A DNA stretch of 64,000 bases from Chrysomallon squamiferum (lineage: Eukaryota > Animalia > Mollusca). The notes beneath the pieces are model-generated. The model saw nothing but the letters and a program-made list of their open reading frames with translations. It was not told the DNA's origin and searched no databases. This document shows positions 13,201 through 26,269 of this stretch, in pieces; position 1 is the first letter of the stretch; the number at the start of each line of letters is the position of its first letter. The stretch lies in contig CM022671.1 of assembly GCA_012295275.1 (NCBI GenBank), positions 13,392,001-13,456,000 of the forward strand, given 5' to 3'. The position numbers were made by a program, and so were the translations under genes.

Positions 13201-16200
13201 TATTCAACATACCACCATAAAAATAAATACGTGTATCTATAAAATAAAACATATATATATAACATTTATCTAACATACCAATAAAATAAAGACATAACTT
13301 AATAAACATAAAATAAAGAGTGCAAGTAATTAAGTTATTGCACTTATAAAGAGTGAAATAGTTGACTTTTATGAATAAATTAAGCATATACACTGTAGAA
13401 ACTTTAAAGTAAAAAGGATCTAACTGCACTTATTGGACATGCATTTGATGCTTTACTGAACTTATCAATATAACATTAGTTAAAATATGAACTAAATTTA
13501 ATATTTATGTATTTGAATGACTCTACTGAAATAATGAGGGCAGACAATCAAAAAGAAATCTTAAAATAAAGAATGTTATTTTTAAAATGATAAATAAAAT
13601 ATAATGAGTACGTTTTCTGGTTTATATAATTAATCAGACTATGAGATAAAAGAACTGTGATGTTCATTGTACAAGTTACTATTCAACAGCTTTTAAACTG
13701 ACCCTGACATCTCTGTCTGGTTCATTGATGGAGACAGTGTCTGGTTTTTCTAGAGGTGTACATTTTAGAATAGCAGGCTTGATTTCTATTACTTCACAAA
13801 AACTGTTGCCAATGGAAATACTGTAGTCATGATGAAGCAAACCAAGGTCAAGATTTTCTCCCTGATAAAAAAACCCAACAAATATGAAGAAAAAAATAAA
13901 CCACACTATAGTAGTCATCATGAAACAAACTATCACCAAGATTTTCTTCCTAACAAAGTCAAGTGTACAAAGAAAGGAAAACTAAACATTAGTAATAATG
14001 TACTGCAGGAGTAAAATATACTGTTTAATTGACAATACTTTCTTCATTATTCCATTTAATGATTCTAATTAATTGCTAATTTTTACCTGTTTTTGATAGA
14101 GACAGCAAGAACATCATTTCTCAATCCCTAATCTAATATTGATTAATTCAGATTTAATGTCATTCAATAAAACACATTTCCTAAATGTTACTCCAATAAT
14201 TAATGCGGATCCTTCACAAATACAGTGAAATAAGATTTGCTAATTAACTTACGTGAAGCTCTAGGTAATCATCAGCCAGGTTAAAGAACTTAATATGGCC
14301 TTCACCTGGAAAGTGGCTGAACTTTGGATCTGGGTAGTAGAGAAAGGAACTCAGTGACTGATGGGTGATGTGGAAATTTCTCAGAGTCTGGACTCCATCC
14401 ATGATAAACACAAGATTAATCATAGTTGGTCTTGGTTCAGTTGGTGTTTTTAGTAGAAGTCCTGAAACATTCAGAGCTGGACAAACCATAGAAAGTCCTC
14501 CAGGTGATACTTTACACAGCTGTAACAGAAATAAATAAATTAGTACTATGCATAGTTGTAAGAAAAGATTTACACAGGGTTAACAGAAATAAATAGTATA
14601 ATTTACCATATATTTACCATAGAGTTTAAAACAGATTACACAGTTACCAAATTAAACAAATGAAACATATTCAGTGATACAGAGAGTTCTTTAACTTAAA
14701 ATACTTAACAGAAAACAAAAATGAAATTAAAAAAATAATAATAATAAAATTCAACAAACCTCTTGTCTTAACATTTCTTCTCCTTCTATATTTCTCCCCC
14801 CAATTCTAGGATATCCCACAGCATCAAGGTTTTTACCTGTAACAGTAATCTTTCTTCCACCACTAAAAATAAATGTATAATTACTTAATACATTCTTTTT
14901 ATTAATTTTCACATAAGCATCTACTACATGCATAAATATAGATTCGTTCACAATATAAATACTCCTATTTCTAAAATAAATTACAAAATTAATGAAATTT
15001 TTTTTATCCCTCTTTATTATAAGAAATGTTCATTTTACAATAATGTTTTCTTGGGATACTCTATGTACCACTTTGCAACACTGCATTATTTTTTTTCTTT
15101 CAGCTAAAATATTACACTGATATATATACAAAAAAAGCAGAAAAAAACAAAAACAAAAAACAACAACAATAAAATAAAATACAAACAAATACAACAAAGG
15201 AATAAAGAGAAAACTCAAAATGGGACAAAAAAGATTTATGGCTGTTTGTATTTCAGTGTATTCTAGGTACTTGGTACAAATGATGCTATATACTTTTCTA
15301 ATAACACAGAGTAACAATAAAATACAATCACAGGCAGATGAAAACATTTTTCCCTTTTCTATATTGAAACATGAATGAAGAAACCTATTGTTGCCATGCT
15401 TATCTGCAGCAATGTATCTGCTACTTTTTTTATATACCACAAAGTATATAATATCTCTAATGAAAGTCTGTCACATTACTTTTATTTCAGGATCACATAG
15501 GTAATAATTATTTTAAGTAGCTGCAGGCAAAATTAAAAAATGTATATATCTATTTTATTTTTATTTATTTATTTATTATTTAAATAGTACTTTTGAATAC
15601 AAATTCAGAGAATTATTCTGATATCGTGCTTAGTTTTCAAGATATGACATTTTGAAAACTGATGACCCTGCAACAGCATCAGCAAATGTTTAGTGTACTG
15701 AATGTATTAAGATGACCAAGTATAGTTCTAGACGTTCTTTATATAACTTGGATCATTTAAATTAAAACAAAGTAATTAACACTGATAGTGAAACGAAGTA
15801 GGAGCTATAGGCCGAGTTTCAAGAATTGATTGAAGCTAATTTCCACAACCTACTCCTTGGCACAGCTGGAAGAGATCACCAGAAAGTTCCCTGAAGTTCA
15901 AAAGTTAAACAGCAAAAACTATTTTAACATTTCAACCATTGTTTTTATTCCTAAACAAAATAATTGTATAAGACTATCACTGTTGATAATCTAATTCCTT
16001 TCACCAGTAAAAAGAAAATGATGGGAATGCCCATAATTTGCTAAGATCTGTTAATTTTGATGATGCAAATCTTTTTCATAGCAGAATGTGTCCAAAATAA
16101 TTAGATAAAAATTAAATGAATTCTTGAATAAGTTTATAAGAAACATTAATTAAATGATCATAATAACTGACTTACTAAGATGGTGCCTAAAACAGAATAA

Positions 16201-19200
16201 ATAAAAAAAACAAAACTGAATTCACGAATACAATGAACTGTGTGCTCAACACTGTCCAGTTGTCCAGCTCAACAGTACATGCACTCCCAACTGCATTTAA
16301 AATGCAGCATTTTACAAATTCACAAAATAACCCATGATTGATCAACAAACAACAAACAATTCAAGAGCAAATCTTCATATTTATTTCCATTCACTTCCAA
16401 GATATATGAGGTTAAAAACTACAGATTTTTCCACCTTCTGTACAGGGACTGACTGAAAGGTAGCTGTCTGCCACTATCTAACAATAGCTGCGAAAAATAT
16501 TTTAATAAACATTACTTTTAGTTTTGGATTATAGAAATAAGAAACATACCTGACAAAAGCTCGTTTTGGAGATATTGCAATTATTTCTGGATCAGGAAGG
16601 TAAAAGAAAGTTCCATTTTTATCGAGCATCATCCTTTCTCCATCAAGAATCACCTGTAATGGTCCTTTTCCAAGAGCTCTCTCTGAAAATCTTTTGTTTC
16701 GTGAAGATATCAGACCTGACTTTGCTGACCAGGCTTGTGTTATGCAGTTTATTTCATCACTAGATGTGCTGAAATGTCAAATAAAGAGACTAAAATAGAA
16801 TAACATAATATAAATTAAAGTGTCTCTGAAAATGCATTGCGTAATGTTATAAATTCAATTTATTATATTTTTACAGTAATATACAAAATTACTTTTCACA
16901 AATGTTTATTGTACTGAGTGTGAGCAATGTGTAATAATGTGTAGGAACATTTCACCTGCAGATTATAAATTTATACGAACTGAGACCAATGCCCATAACA
17001 ATACCTTTACATCAAATATTTTTATATTCCATTAAAATTAAATATTTCTGGTTTTTTTGTGTTTTTTTCCCAGTTACTACCATAAAAATTTAAAACTTAA
17101 CTGTCAAAATTCAAAATTATTACTGGTTAAAACTTTTTATCAGTGTTTAAAATTCAAAAATTACTTGATGGTACTCACTTGAAAACTTTACAGCTGAAAT
17201 TGTAAGCAACTACAACCTGAAGATTTCCACCAATATTTAAATTACTTCCCTTTATGGTGATGTTAGTCCCACCAGACTCTGGTCCTCTGTTAGGAAAAAA
17301 ACTCTGTATTGCTGGTGTCTGTGAGAAAAATATATCACCATAATTTATGTGTGTATAAAAAAAAAAAAAAATTAAGAATTTAACTGAAAAAAATTGTTTA
17401 TTTTATTCACTAATGATGGTTCTTTCAGATATATGAGTATCTGATTATTTAAAACTGCAATGCCTATAATGTGCTCCATGGTCAAAAACAGATTGCAAAA
17501 ACATCTTTTACAGTTTTATGGAAAATAATTTGGTAATAAAACACAAGATTAAATTTCATAAATCAACTCAGTGATAAATTAGGCATATTTTATTGTTCAT
17601 GGTTATTAAAAGTGAAATAATTTCTTATTTTAAATTTCAGTCTTAATATTTATTTATTTAAATAATTAACCTTGAAAGTGAAATGTTCTGAGGATGTAGC
17701 ATCTCCTTCAACTGTATATGGTCTGTTTACAGTAAAAGATTTGTCAGTAACAGAAACACGAACAACACTGCCAGTTACCAGATCTTTTGATGTTCTGGTT
17801 GTTCTGCAAATCAACCTACAAGCAACACAAAATACACCCAGACATTCTTAAACTGTATTTTTTTGTTGCTGTATTTAGTTATTAATTAAGCTGGATAGCA
17901 ATAAGAAAGATTAAAATATTATCAGACCAACTGCTATCTTTATTTTGATTGTTACATAAATGTTACATATAAATAAAGTTGTTATTTTAACTGTGGTACA
18001 AGCAGATAACCTGCCGTCAGCATATCATGGACCAATCATCAGTTAGCTATATGTGACCATTATATACATCTTCAAGTACAGAGATACTCACCAACCATGG
18101 TTTTTCATGAGAACTATATCATGTAGGATACAGAGAATTGATGAATAATCTAAGAAAATTAAAATTAAAATAATAATAAATTTTCACTGCACCTGGTTGA
18201 ATTCCACTTTATAATTGTACATGGCACATTAGAAATGTCCACTTTGTGCTGCACACTAGAAGATATTTCTTTAGATCCAAAATTTTTTCCAGAGATTGTC
18301 AGTAAGGTTCCTCCAGCTGTTGGACCGGATACTGGTGAAATCTGAAAGATTTAGAAGCAAAAATCTGGATATGAAAATTGTGTTTTTCTGAAATATTGAT
18401 TCTAATGTTTATTTTTGTCACATGAAGATTCTGTTGATGTACTTTGTATAATGTGTTTATGTGTTTTCTGTAATATGCCAATTGTGAAAATCAGTTTTCT
18501 GTAATATCTTTTTTGTGTTAATTTTATACAATTTGTTGGGTCTGTTAATAATGTTGTTGGTAATGTGTGGATTTTTTTCAATGTGTTTTTGTTGATTCTA
18601 TTAACATATATTTTTGATAACACACTGACTGTGTTAAACTTATTCATTAAGATGTGTTTGTTTTAGGATCATAGTTTTCCTGGTCTGTGATTCTGAAGTG
18701 TTTAACACAACAGCTGTAGGAACATGCTTATGTTATGGAAAGTAGAGAAGACAGACACGTACTGTGAATACAGAAGGAGGACACTCATCACGACGCCAGT
18801 CTGTGATGTGAGAACACTGTTGTGACTTGGTGCACCTGTCCTTACACCAGCCACACCCAAGAGGGTCATCACTTGAAAGACATGCATCACAGTCAGCATG
18901 GACCTGACATGAATCTGTATCAAATTTAACTACCTGAAATTAATAAAATATTAAAAGTAATTTCTGTCAAAGAATAGATATAGAAAACTCAATCACCTCA
19001 AATTGATTATTAAAGTATTATAAAGTAACATCTGTAAGATAACAGATAAAGAAAACTACATTACCTGAAATTAATAAAAGTATTACAAAGTAATTTCTGC
19101 AACAGAATAGATACAGACAAGTCATTTCTGTGAGAGAATATGTATAGAAAACTAGACTAGCTAAGGCACTTGTGCAAAAGAAGGTTGAACAAGCTTTACA

Positions 19201-21402
19201 ATATATAAATTAATGTAATAAAACAAAAGTAATGATTCCCATTAAAATACTTTATGTTTAAACAAATAATTAGGTAACAAGTAAACATAATATTATCTTG
19301 AAGTTAACTGTAATATGATAAAAATTAACACACACACAAGCACAGAAACAGATAGTATCAGAAACACTCCATATGATTATAGAAAAGCTTTTGCACCAAC
19401 CAACCCACTAGACTGAAAATAAATTATAAAAATAATTACAATCACCTTATTACCAGCCAGTAAGTACAAACTGTTTATGTTTCTTCTTATTTCTAAGTCT
19501 TTTGAAATCCCTGCCTTTGTACTGATAGTTACATCCACGAACTTCTGTTTAACATATTTTTTCTTTCCAACCATACTCACAAAAACCTGAAAAACATCAA
19601 TAATTATATAATATATATGTATTGAAATGACACTTCAAAATCTGCTGAATATACATACTTGTCTGTGCTTCATAGAAATAAATACACATATTTTACTCAA
19701 CTTCTATAATGTGAAATTTTGTTTACAGAGTTCAAACATAATGGACTCCTCTCACAGACAGGAAAACATTTATTACAATCTTTAATAAACACATTAGAGG
19801 GACAATTAAGGGAAAAGAGCACAGTCAGCATTGATCCCATGATTTGTGGCATCTGAAGCTAGAACTATGAAGCTGGAGTCATACAATGATTTATACAATG
19901 ATTTATAAAAAAATACCTTCAGGAGAAGGCCTTTACTGGTTCCCAAAATGAGTGTTTTCTGGTTATTGTAAACAATATCTCTAACAGCAGTGATGATGTT
20001 ATTACGACTTTTATATAAAGCATCAGTCTTGAGGTCCACTTCACCTTGGATGCGATGTGCACAGCTGCCATGAGAGGGCTGTTGGTAACAAAGTAATTTA
20101 TAATTAAACAAATTAAATCAACTTTCATTTTAATAACTGTTTACGTGTAATATGATTATCAATACTTCAAAATGGATAAAAATGAATATAAAATAAGAAA
20201 CATTTCCTGCATGTTTTATATTACACTGAATACTGTCACTTATTACACTTAATATATATCAACATGTGTATTTAATATTAATATAATACTGACCAATTAT
20301 ATAAGTATTTATAATATAAAACATAGATACTAACTTTGCATTTATAAGTCTTGTCTCCAAACATCCATTCTGGCTTAGAACCATAATGTCCATCACAGCA
20401 GTCTAATTTAATCTGTTCAAAATGAATCTTAATATCATAGATTCTAAAAGCACAGACAACAGAACCTGCACTTTGATCAATGACTGATGATAATGGGAGT
20501 GATCGAGCAGCAGTGATGTAGAGTGTTGGGTGGTCACCAGACAGGTTGAAGAAGGCAGCTGTTGCAATGTTGTATGTGCTGTCTTGGCAAGTCAGCACAC
20601 TGTCAATATATTCTTCATAAAATATATCATTCTTAGAAAATCTCAATATTTTCGTTGTCATATCCTGATTTTTCCTGGAAACATTCTGAACAGTAATGAA
20701 GTAAGTGTAATTTTCATGTTGAAAGCTATAAACATATGCAATTTTGTAAGTCTTTTTAAATTCTGAGTCTATGTCAAGTGCTGATATTAGAACTGGATCT
20801 TGATTATAAACTCTATAAATGATGTGAAAACCTTCTCCACTTTGAACAACCGTTCGAGTTGACAAGACATACGGTGACATTTTTAAAGGACGACCATCAT
20901 ATTCTTGACCAACATACAGAATGTTACCATCACTACTATCAAAAATAACAACAACAGATTTTTTGCCGGAAATGAAATTCGGTAAGCTGTTCTGATAATT
21001 ATCCTGCACTTTCTGGTGGATTGTTATATTGTTCAAACTGTGTAGCTGACACAGTCCCTGGTGAACAGAGCCACAAACAAAGAGTTGTTTTTTTCTGTGG
21101 TTGATCTCAACTATGTTTATATTATTGTCTGTATTCGTTTTCAAGCAGTTCTCATCAACAGGCAGACAGGAACTATTGTCAGGGACAGGTCCCATTTTTA
21201 CTAAGACTTTAAGTCTTAAGTCTTGTGACAGCTGAGCCAAAATGTTGAGTCCTCCAACATAGACATCACCAGTTTGTTCATTAACAGCAATCTGACTTAG
21301 TCTTGTAGTCTCGTCAAATGTGTATTCTTCAAGATAACTGTCACTGTCTGCTCCTCCTCTTTGTAGTAAATGAATCACAAAAAATAATTTTATAAACAAC
21401 AT
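7256..21402 (-). CDS. MET: MET/HGF receptor-like receptor tyrosine kinase (signal peptide, Sema, PSI, 4 IPT, TM, kinase), ~1384 aa, 19 coding exons
   Basis: GT-AG exons in consistent phase: 21402-20335, 20078-19917, 19586-19446, 18933-18763 ([19 protein letters not shown]), 18341-18193, 17815-17671, 17318-17179, 16768-16550, 14862-14760, 14519-14253, 13861-13703, 12921-12651 (TM), 12091-11951, 11557-11474, 11372-11188, 9351-9242, 9006-8844, 8208-8072, 7595-7256. Total 4155 nt, open. Kinase motifs: [71 protein letters not shown]. The tail has TYVNI. All of these are MET/RON-family signatures. Confidence 0.93.
8440..8867. repeat. Intronic minisatellite (~35-55 bp units) overlapping a MET splice donor
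   Basis: Units 'acctggttttgatgtgatatgtataataataaac'. 8697-8750 nearly duplicates 8813-8867, which spans the exon/intron junction. Confidence 0.85.
12904..13229. repeat. ~32-33 bp minisatellite (~10 units) overlapping the acceptor of the MET transmembrane exon
   Basis: Unit 'cagatatccaatataccactctaaaaataaata'. The first unit includes the first ~18 nt of the exon. Confidence 0.9.
18930..19152. repeat. ~65 bp tandem repeat (~3 units) starting at the acceptor of the MET PSI exon
   Basis: 'acctgaaattaataaaa...agtaatttctg...agaatagata' recurs at ~18932, ~18996 (degenerate) and ~19063. Confidence 0.8.
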
Positions 21403-21704
21403 GTCTTTTCTGCTGTCTTTATGTCATTAAGAAAACAGTTCGGTGACACATTTGTGGTAATTAATTGATTGATTAATTAAAGTTGAGTATCACTGTAAGT
21501 TTTCCACTTCTTTCTTTAGATTCCACATAATTGTCTGATAACTTCATGCAATTTCCTTTTAATATAAATAATTAAATAAATATAATTATTAAGCATAAAT
21601 ATGTAATTCAACATCTTAAAAATTTAAATGAATTAATGTTTAGTGATGCCACGTCATATTATTCTGCCTACATTTAACTGATATTAATATACTTTGTTTA
21701 TATA

Positions 21705-21749
<45 letters not shown>

Positions 21750-22825
21750 AATCTAGTTAATAATATCTCACCAAACGGCTGCTCTTATTTATTAGAAATA
21801 TGGAATATGTAAAATATGGACAACAAGATATGGCTAATTGAAGAAGTTTAATTTCTGAACACCAACTCTTCACAGAGGGCTGTAAAGCACAAAACACGAC
21901 TGGTCTCAGGATCAAATCTGTTGTATTTTTTCACATCAGTGTTTCTCAACTGGTTTATCAAAAGTGGTTACTGAGGGGAGATATACAATTTCCCTCCTTC
22001 AAAATCATCATCAGTAGTTTTTATTTTTTTATTACATTTTTTATATTACTATTATATTCTATATGGGCTCACATTTGTTAAATATTCATTTATTCATACA
22101 GATTTAGACAACTGAGTTAATCTAAACTGTATCCTGAGGACAAATACAAAAAATATGTCACATCAATGCGGTTTAACCATGGCTGAGTAAAAACAAGATA
22201 AAACAGACCTACAGCTTTTAATAATACTGTAATAACTGCAGTTGATACATTAAGTCCTGTTATTGTGAAGTGACATTTAATGAAAGCCTAGTTAACAGTC
22301 AAAATAATTGTTTGACTGTTTGCTTCAAACACTGAGAATTCAAATAACATGCAGTAAATAAATTAGGTATTAAGTATGATATTCCATTTTATATAATGCA
22401 CCGTAACTAGAGATAATATTGTCACAAACTGTCCTTAATAAAATGGTTTTAAAAAAATGTATAAATATCCTGTAATGAAATATCATTCAGATAACATTTT
22501 TAATACATTTCTTGATCATTACAATAACCTCTGTGTTCTTATAACTCATATTCTCTACAACTGGTTTGTTGACATTTCCAAAAATGTTGAAGTTTGTATT
22601 TCACCCTACATCCAGTATTTACTTGTAAATATCAGTAAATTTTTCATAGGTTTTTAATTATTCTTTTTATAAATCTACTATATAATACATGTAATAGATA
22701 AAGGTAAGTAAATTTAGTTCTGTTTCCATTCAGCCATGAAGATTAAATCCACTCAAATGCATCTGCTACTTATTACACAAGAAAATACATACATATATAT
22801 ATATATATCAATGGCTTTTAGTCAC

Positions 22826-23379
22826 TTGGCTGAAGACTGGCAGACAGACATTTCACTGATGTATATTTAGTCAAACAGATATTTAGCTGAAGGGAGCTTT
22901 AACTGAATAGGCAAATAACCAAATGGACAAATGGCTGACCACCCAAATATTTTCTGACACATAAAACAAGATGAATTAAAATATTTGAAGCAACCTGGAT
23001 TTTTGGTATTGTATTGCATGGAAGACAAGAATAAGCATTTGAATTCAGCCTGTGGAACATTGCCCACAATCTTTAAATATTTACATCACATTTAATATAT
23101 TTTATTGCAACTGATATGCAATAAGAATTTTTTGTCAAGCAATTATATAACATTTGTCATTTTTAATGTCAGTTTTATAAAGCAATTACATTGCATGGAA
23201 GAAATTAAAAATTTAAAGAAGAGTTAATAATAACAAAATTAAAAAGTATATTTGTCCATGACTCATTCAGCCAATTGTTCATTCTGCTAATTGTCCATTT
23301 AGCCAAATATGTTTTGGTTCACTGTCCAATCATACAGCTGTCTGTTGGTGAAATGTCCACCATTTATCTGTCCAGCCAC
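22826..23379. mobile_element. Degenerate foldback/MITE-like element with inverted arrays of ~15-bp subunits
   Basis: The left arm (gacatttcac, atatttagctgaa, aatggacaaatggctga) matches the reverse complement of the right arm (tcagccaattgttcatt, ttagccaaatat, gtgaaatgtc). Confidence 0.55.
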
Positions 23380-25028
23380 ATATATCATTTATGTTGCACA
23401 AGTTCAAGTTTATTGCAGCTTTTAAAAACAATAAAGTGAGTTTTGTATTATGATGTGGTGATAGAGTTCTAAAGCTGTAGTGTTGTTCTCATGTAATTTT
23501 AATATCATGTAATGTTAACAGCAAGAAAATTGTATTTGCTTCTTCTCTAAGACAGGAAAAAACATATTTGTTAGAATTATTATGGGTCACTGGATTACGA
23601 AATGGTTTGGAGAGCATATTAAGGGAAATGGTTTGGAAGGCAGTTACACTGATCTATATATTAGTATTATATAATATTATATTTGAGAGCAATATATAGA
23701 CCAATATTATAAATCTGATATATTATAATAATAATAATATTACTTTTTTTAATCACAAGTTTAATCACAAGTGAGTCTCCAATTTGTTATTATTAATATC
23801 TTTGAGTGTCCTGTAAAACCTCTAGAAATATGTTGACATAACTATAAAGCTTATACTATACGTTTATAGCTAGGTATCTGACAAAAACTGACTTTGCACT
23901 GCCTTGAAAAGTTGCATGACTTTTGTGACATGTGATTGCTTTCCTTGAAGGGGTTCTCTCATTCTTATTTCTTTTCATTATTATTTTTCCATATTTCCAA
24001 AACAGCAAGTATCATGACATAGTATACATATTCAGCTTCATCTTCATATTAATTTCATATTGATCTTTGATAAAAAAAAAAAAAAAAAAAAACAGATTTA
24101 CTGTTTCAAAATGACTGGCATGTCACTAAGCAAGCTCATTCTGCCAAATTACACACAAATATATGAGGTAGCAGATACTTAATGTTGTATTCTTCATAAA
24201 CGACACAGTTATTGTTGTTCTGCCAGTGTCTGAGAAGTTCAATGTTTCATTTATTTTATTGTGTGTATTAGTAATTATGTGGCTTAATATTCCAGTTCAG
24301 TGCAGCTTTAGATAATATTTTTATGAATTTTTTTGAGATGTGTATAATGAAGGCAAAAGGCAAATTAACACTAATTAATGTTATTAACTAGTAAAAAAAA
24401 AAAAATAATAATAATAATAATAAATAAAATAAAATAAATATATAAATTAATAATAATAATAATAATAATTGTTTATATACTAGTTTAATTTCTATGGAGA
24501 CTTTGAAACATACATTTATATAATTAAGGCGTCAGGTACATTTGATTTTGAGCTAATTAGTGCAATTAATTAATTAAAATTCGTGAGTGTTTCTAACATG
24601 TGTAAAAATACTGCATATCTTTAAAACTCATAAAAAGCTTGATTCTTACATATAATATACGTATTGAACTTTGAAACTATAATGAAATATTCAATGTTTA
24701 TTACCATGCCAAATAACTGAAGCGAATCAGTTTCTCCATAGATTATGAAGGACATACCAGCGAATTTTATTCAGATAAAAATTTGTAACAATGAGATCTT
24801 GATGTCATTTTAATCTTCTTCTTTTTTTTTCTAAATTTATAGTAAAATTTATAAAAAAAATTATATTTTTGAAAATTTTGTTACATACATATTATTAGTA
24901 CTATTAATGCTATAATAAAGAGAAACTTCAGAAACTGAGAAACTCGTTTACTGATTTAGTCATGTTAAACAGGTATTAATTGTAATGAATGATATAAATA
25001 TATATTTTAAAATGTATGCAATACTTAC

Positions 25029-25235
25029 ATTAACAGTAATTATGTGCATTATATTTTTCATCTTAATAATTTCTTGATTCCAAAAATCCAAAAACTATAT
25101 TAAGCTTAAAACAATTGAAAACTTTAGAAATAGTTTGAGGAAGTGATTCATTTTATAGACTGTACCAATGGTATATATTGCGCCTCAGTCGCTAGACACA
25201 CTTGCGCTCCTATCTAAACCAATTCCCGGTCCATA
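25029..25235 (-). other. Candidate non-coding first exon / promoter region of the MET-like gene
   Basis: A GTAAGT donor (acttac at 25023-25028) lies downstream of a locally CpG-richer patch at ~25180-25240. Boundaries are inferred only. Confidence 0.3.
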
Positions 25236-25306
25236 TCGACTTAATACATTGAAAGGTTTCTAGAATTTCTGAACAATTTTTATTTTTTTTTTTTTATTTT
25301 TTACAA

Positions 25307-25348
<42 letters not shown>

Positions 25349-26269
25349 TTGTGCATTCAACACAAATTATAAACAAAAGTATTAACATTTAATCTCTCTC
25401 TCTCTCTCTGATTTATTTACGTTTGCTAAATCCAGTTATTATTATTTCGACCACAGCACAAGTCGGAAATATGATATTGAAGACGCCCGACAATTTTTAC
25501 ATCCGTTTTCCGATAGGGTACCGACATGATGTCCTACTTTAATTTATCATAAACAATAGTTTTCACAGAGCTAGGGTTCGTAACGCACACAGTTTTGAAG
25601 ACGATATACCGAGAATGTTTATATTATAGAATTAGAACATTTTAACATGTTTTTACATATTTAATTATTTTCTGGCAGTTTTCTTTTACTGAATTTTTAA
25701 CAACTTATGTACAACATAAAAGTTAATCGTATAAGCGATTTCTTTATTTACGTATCTATTTACCTGTCTGTCTATTATTTGTTGATCTATTTTGTTAACT
25801 GGTTAATAGCTAGTTAGTTATAGAAGGTGTAACGATACTTGCAGTACAAATAATAGTATCAAGAATAGTGATAGTAGTAAAAGTAACAATAATACTCCTA
25901 GTAATAGTATTTTTGCTATTGTTGTTATGTTGTTATCACAGCGGATAATTACACACTCCGGTATGTTTAATACGTAAATGATAAAGTTTCAAAAGTAAAC
26001 CAAAATACATAATCGCACATGCATGCACAGATACACACATACATATATGTATACGTACGTACGCACATGCACAGCCAAACAAATACACACATGCAAAGAT
26101 ACATTTATTAGTGGACAACTCAGATTTAAGAATTTTCGATACATTGTACATGCGATACAGCAAAGATAAAGAGACCATTTCCGTTTTGATGGGTTTAAGA
26201 ATATTTATATATATATTACTTATTGCTACTGTAGCTAGTTATACTAGGGCTATTCAAAAAGACTGTAAT

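Noticed and set aside
12904-13229. Regular ~32-bp repeats superficially like a CRISPR array
   Set aside because: The units are contiguous with no unique spacers, there are no cas genes, and the context is a eukaryotic intron.
15656-15710. TGATGA...CTGA pair suggesting a C/D snoRNA
   Set aside because: It is antisense to the host gene, too short, and has no terminal stem or recognisable guide.
15780-16490. Exon-like patches in the MET intron between the IPT2 and IPT3 exons
   Set aside because: Flanking exons already join in frame. The patch near 16420-16490 hits a stop immediately and the other has a poor donor and no recognisable similarity.
21880-21970. Possible degenerate SINE head
   Set aside because: Similarity to the remembered consensus is too weak to list without an alignment.
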